64,000 bases of DNA from Chloroflexota bacterium (GTDB taxonomy: Bacteria > Chloroflexota > UBA11872 > VXOZ01). Where the stretch lies: the NCBI GenBank assembly GCA_965220045.1, contig OZ244803.1:2177585-2241584 (forward strand), written 5' to 3'. The notes under the pieces were generated by a model. It searched no databases. It was given only the letters and a program-made list of their open reading frames with translations, and had not been told where the DNA came from. This document shows, one piece after another, positions 63,437 through 64,000 of this stretch (the stretch's first letter is position 1; every line of letters starts with the position of its first letter). Position numbers and translations under genes: made by a program.

Positions 63437-64000
63437 CTAAGGCTCCTTGGTTTCGGGCATCGCTGCCTGCATAGCGCTCCATAGCTCGCGCACAGTCAAT
63501 TCCAGGTCAGCAAGTGTCCCGACATTGTCTATTCTCGTGACTGGGCAGGAGTCTCCACGCTTCTGCCGCAGTTGGGCGACGTTATCCTCCACTGATGGCT
63601 GCATGTCCAGGCGTCGTTGCGCTTCGCCGGGAGACATGCCCCTGGCGCTGAGACGATCTCGCAGCACTGCCACCGGCGCCTCTACAATCCATACGGCGTC
63701 AAGCATCATGACAAGATCGCTCTCTATCAGCTTGATGGCCTCAATGGCGATAGGAACATGTACAGGAGTCCGGTCAAGCTCCTTCTGCACCTGTGCCACC
63801 ACTGCGGGATGCACGATTTCTTCCAGTTTTTTAAGTGCCGCGGCATCATTGAATACCACTCTTCCCAATGCGGCGCGGTCAAGTGTACCGTCTTCCGCCA
63901 GGACTTGCCCACCGAATTCGGCAGCGACCGCTTGCACCAATGCACTGTGCGCGTCGCGGTAGAGGCGATGCACTACCTGATCGGCGTCAACCACATGCAC
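63437..64000 (-). CDS. coaE: dephospho-CoA kinase, C-terminal ~185 aa (5' end with P-loop beyond window edge)
   Basis: …VVDADQVVHRLY…ALVQAVAAEFGGQVLAEDGTLDRAALGRVVFNDAAALKKLEEIVHPAV… is typical CoaE (I.DAD.iar…G.ldR..L..ivF.d…l…HP.i). The ORF is open at nt 64000. Confidence 0.65.
   Translation of the reverse strand: MHVVDADQVVHRLYRDAHSALVQAVAAEFGGQVLAEDGTLDRAALGRVVFNDAAALKKLEEIVHPAVVAQVQKELDRTPVHVPIAIEAIKLIESDLVMMLDAVWIVEAPVAVLRDRLSARGMSPGEAQRRLDMQPSVEDNVAQLRQKRGDSCPVTRIDNVGTLADLELTVRELWSAMQAAMPETKEP

Noticed and set aside
1-64000. Search for mobile elements, integrases, transposases, phage genes, toxin-antitoxin pairs, restriction-modification or other defence cassettes
   Set aside because: None of the ORFs shows transposase (DDE/HTH), integrase (tyrosine recombinase R…HxxR…Y) or known defence-system motifs. 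The only compositionally foreign segment is the single-gene low-GC island at 4096-5213, reported as a finding rather than a mobile element.

Overview
This is a 64 kb, high-GC (~65%), gene-dense chromosomal window. The Chlor_Arch_YYY (DUF2298) / TIGR03663 gene pair and the abundant LSLSKG-type hairpin repeats suggest a Chloroflexota-like genome; that placement is inference. I found no rRNA, tRNA, CRISPR array, transposase or prophage genes.

Most of the content is metabolic and transport genes:
- a partial sugar-type solute-binding protein at the 5' edge;
- two DegT-family aminotransferases and a neutral-ceramidase-like hydrolase;
- an ABC-2 exporter (ATPase plus two permeases);
- a sugar-phosphate isomerase / Gfo-Idh-MocA oxidoreductase / DapA-family lyase cluster;
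- a PspC-domain protein with a near-consensus sigma70 promoter and a hairpin terminator;
- a racemase-like / hyuA / hyuB operon with GTGA start-stop coupling;
- ychF, an AspC-like aminotransferase and a ManD-like enolase-superfamily dehydratase;
- an S8 subtilase homolog whose catalytic Ser position holds Cys;
- a frameshifted M24 (creatinase-like) peptidase;
- three tandem DUF3604 PHP-like paralogs next to a TAT-lipoprotein solute-binding protein;
- a creatininase-family protein and an APH-family kinase whose start overlaps the stop of a secreted Thr/Ala/Asp-repeat protein;
- glyA;
- a DUF58 + transglutaminase-like (TgpA) pair with no MoxR partner and with the transglutaminase Cys/Asp replaced;
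- three small DUF948/YtxH-like membrane proteins and sthA;
- a NYN-domain protein preceded by ~1 kb of non-coding DNA;
- a TIM-barrel isomerase, a GH5-like lipoprotein, a class-III aminotransferase and a ThuA-like protein;
- the DUF2298(YYY)/TIGR03663 membrane glycosyltransferase-like pair;
- DUF4126 and a partial coaE.

The most unusual features are:
- a tandem array of five diverged RimL-type GNAT acetyltransferase paralogs, separated by hairpin-repeat spacers, that share a nucleotide-identical 3' block;
- a 1.1 kb low-GC island holding a single orphan 2-TM protein;
- at least four families of small palindromic (REP/MITE-like) repeats that fill the intergenic regions, with one copy embedded in frame inside a coding sequence.

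I could not identify one clearly novel multi-gene system. The GNAT array, the DUF3604 triplet, the secreted-repeat-protein/kinase pair and the orphan low-GC gene are the best candidates for something undescribed.
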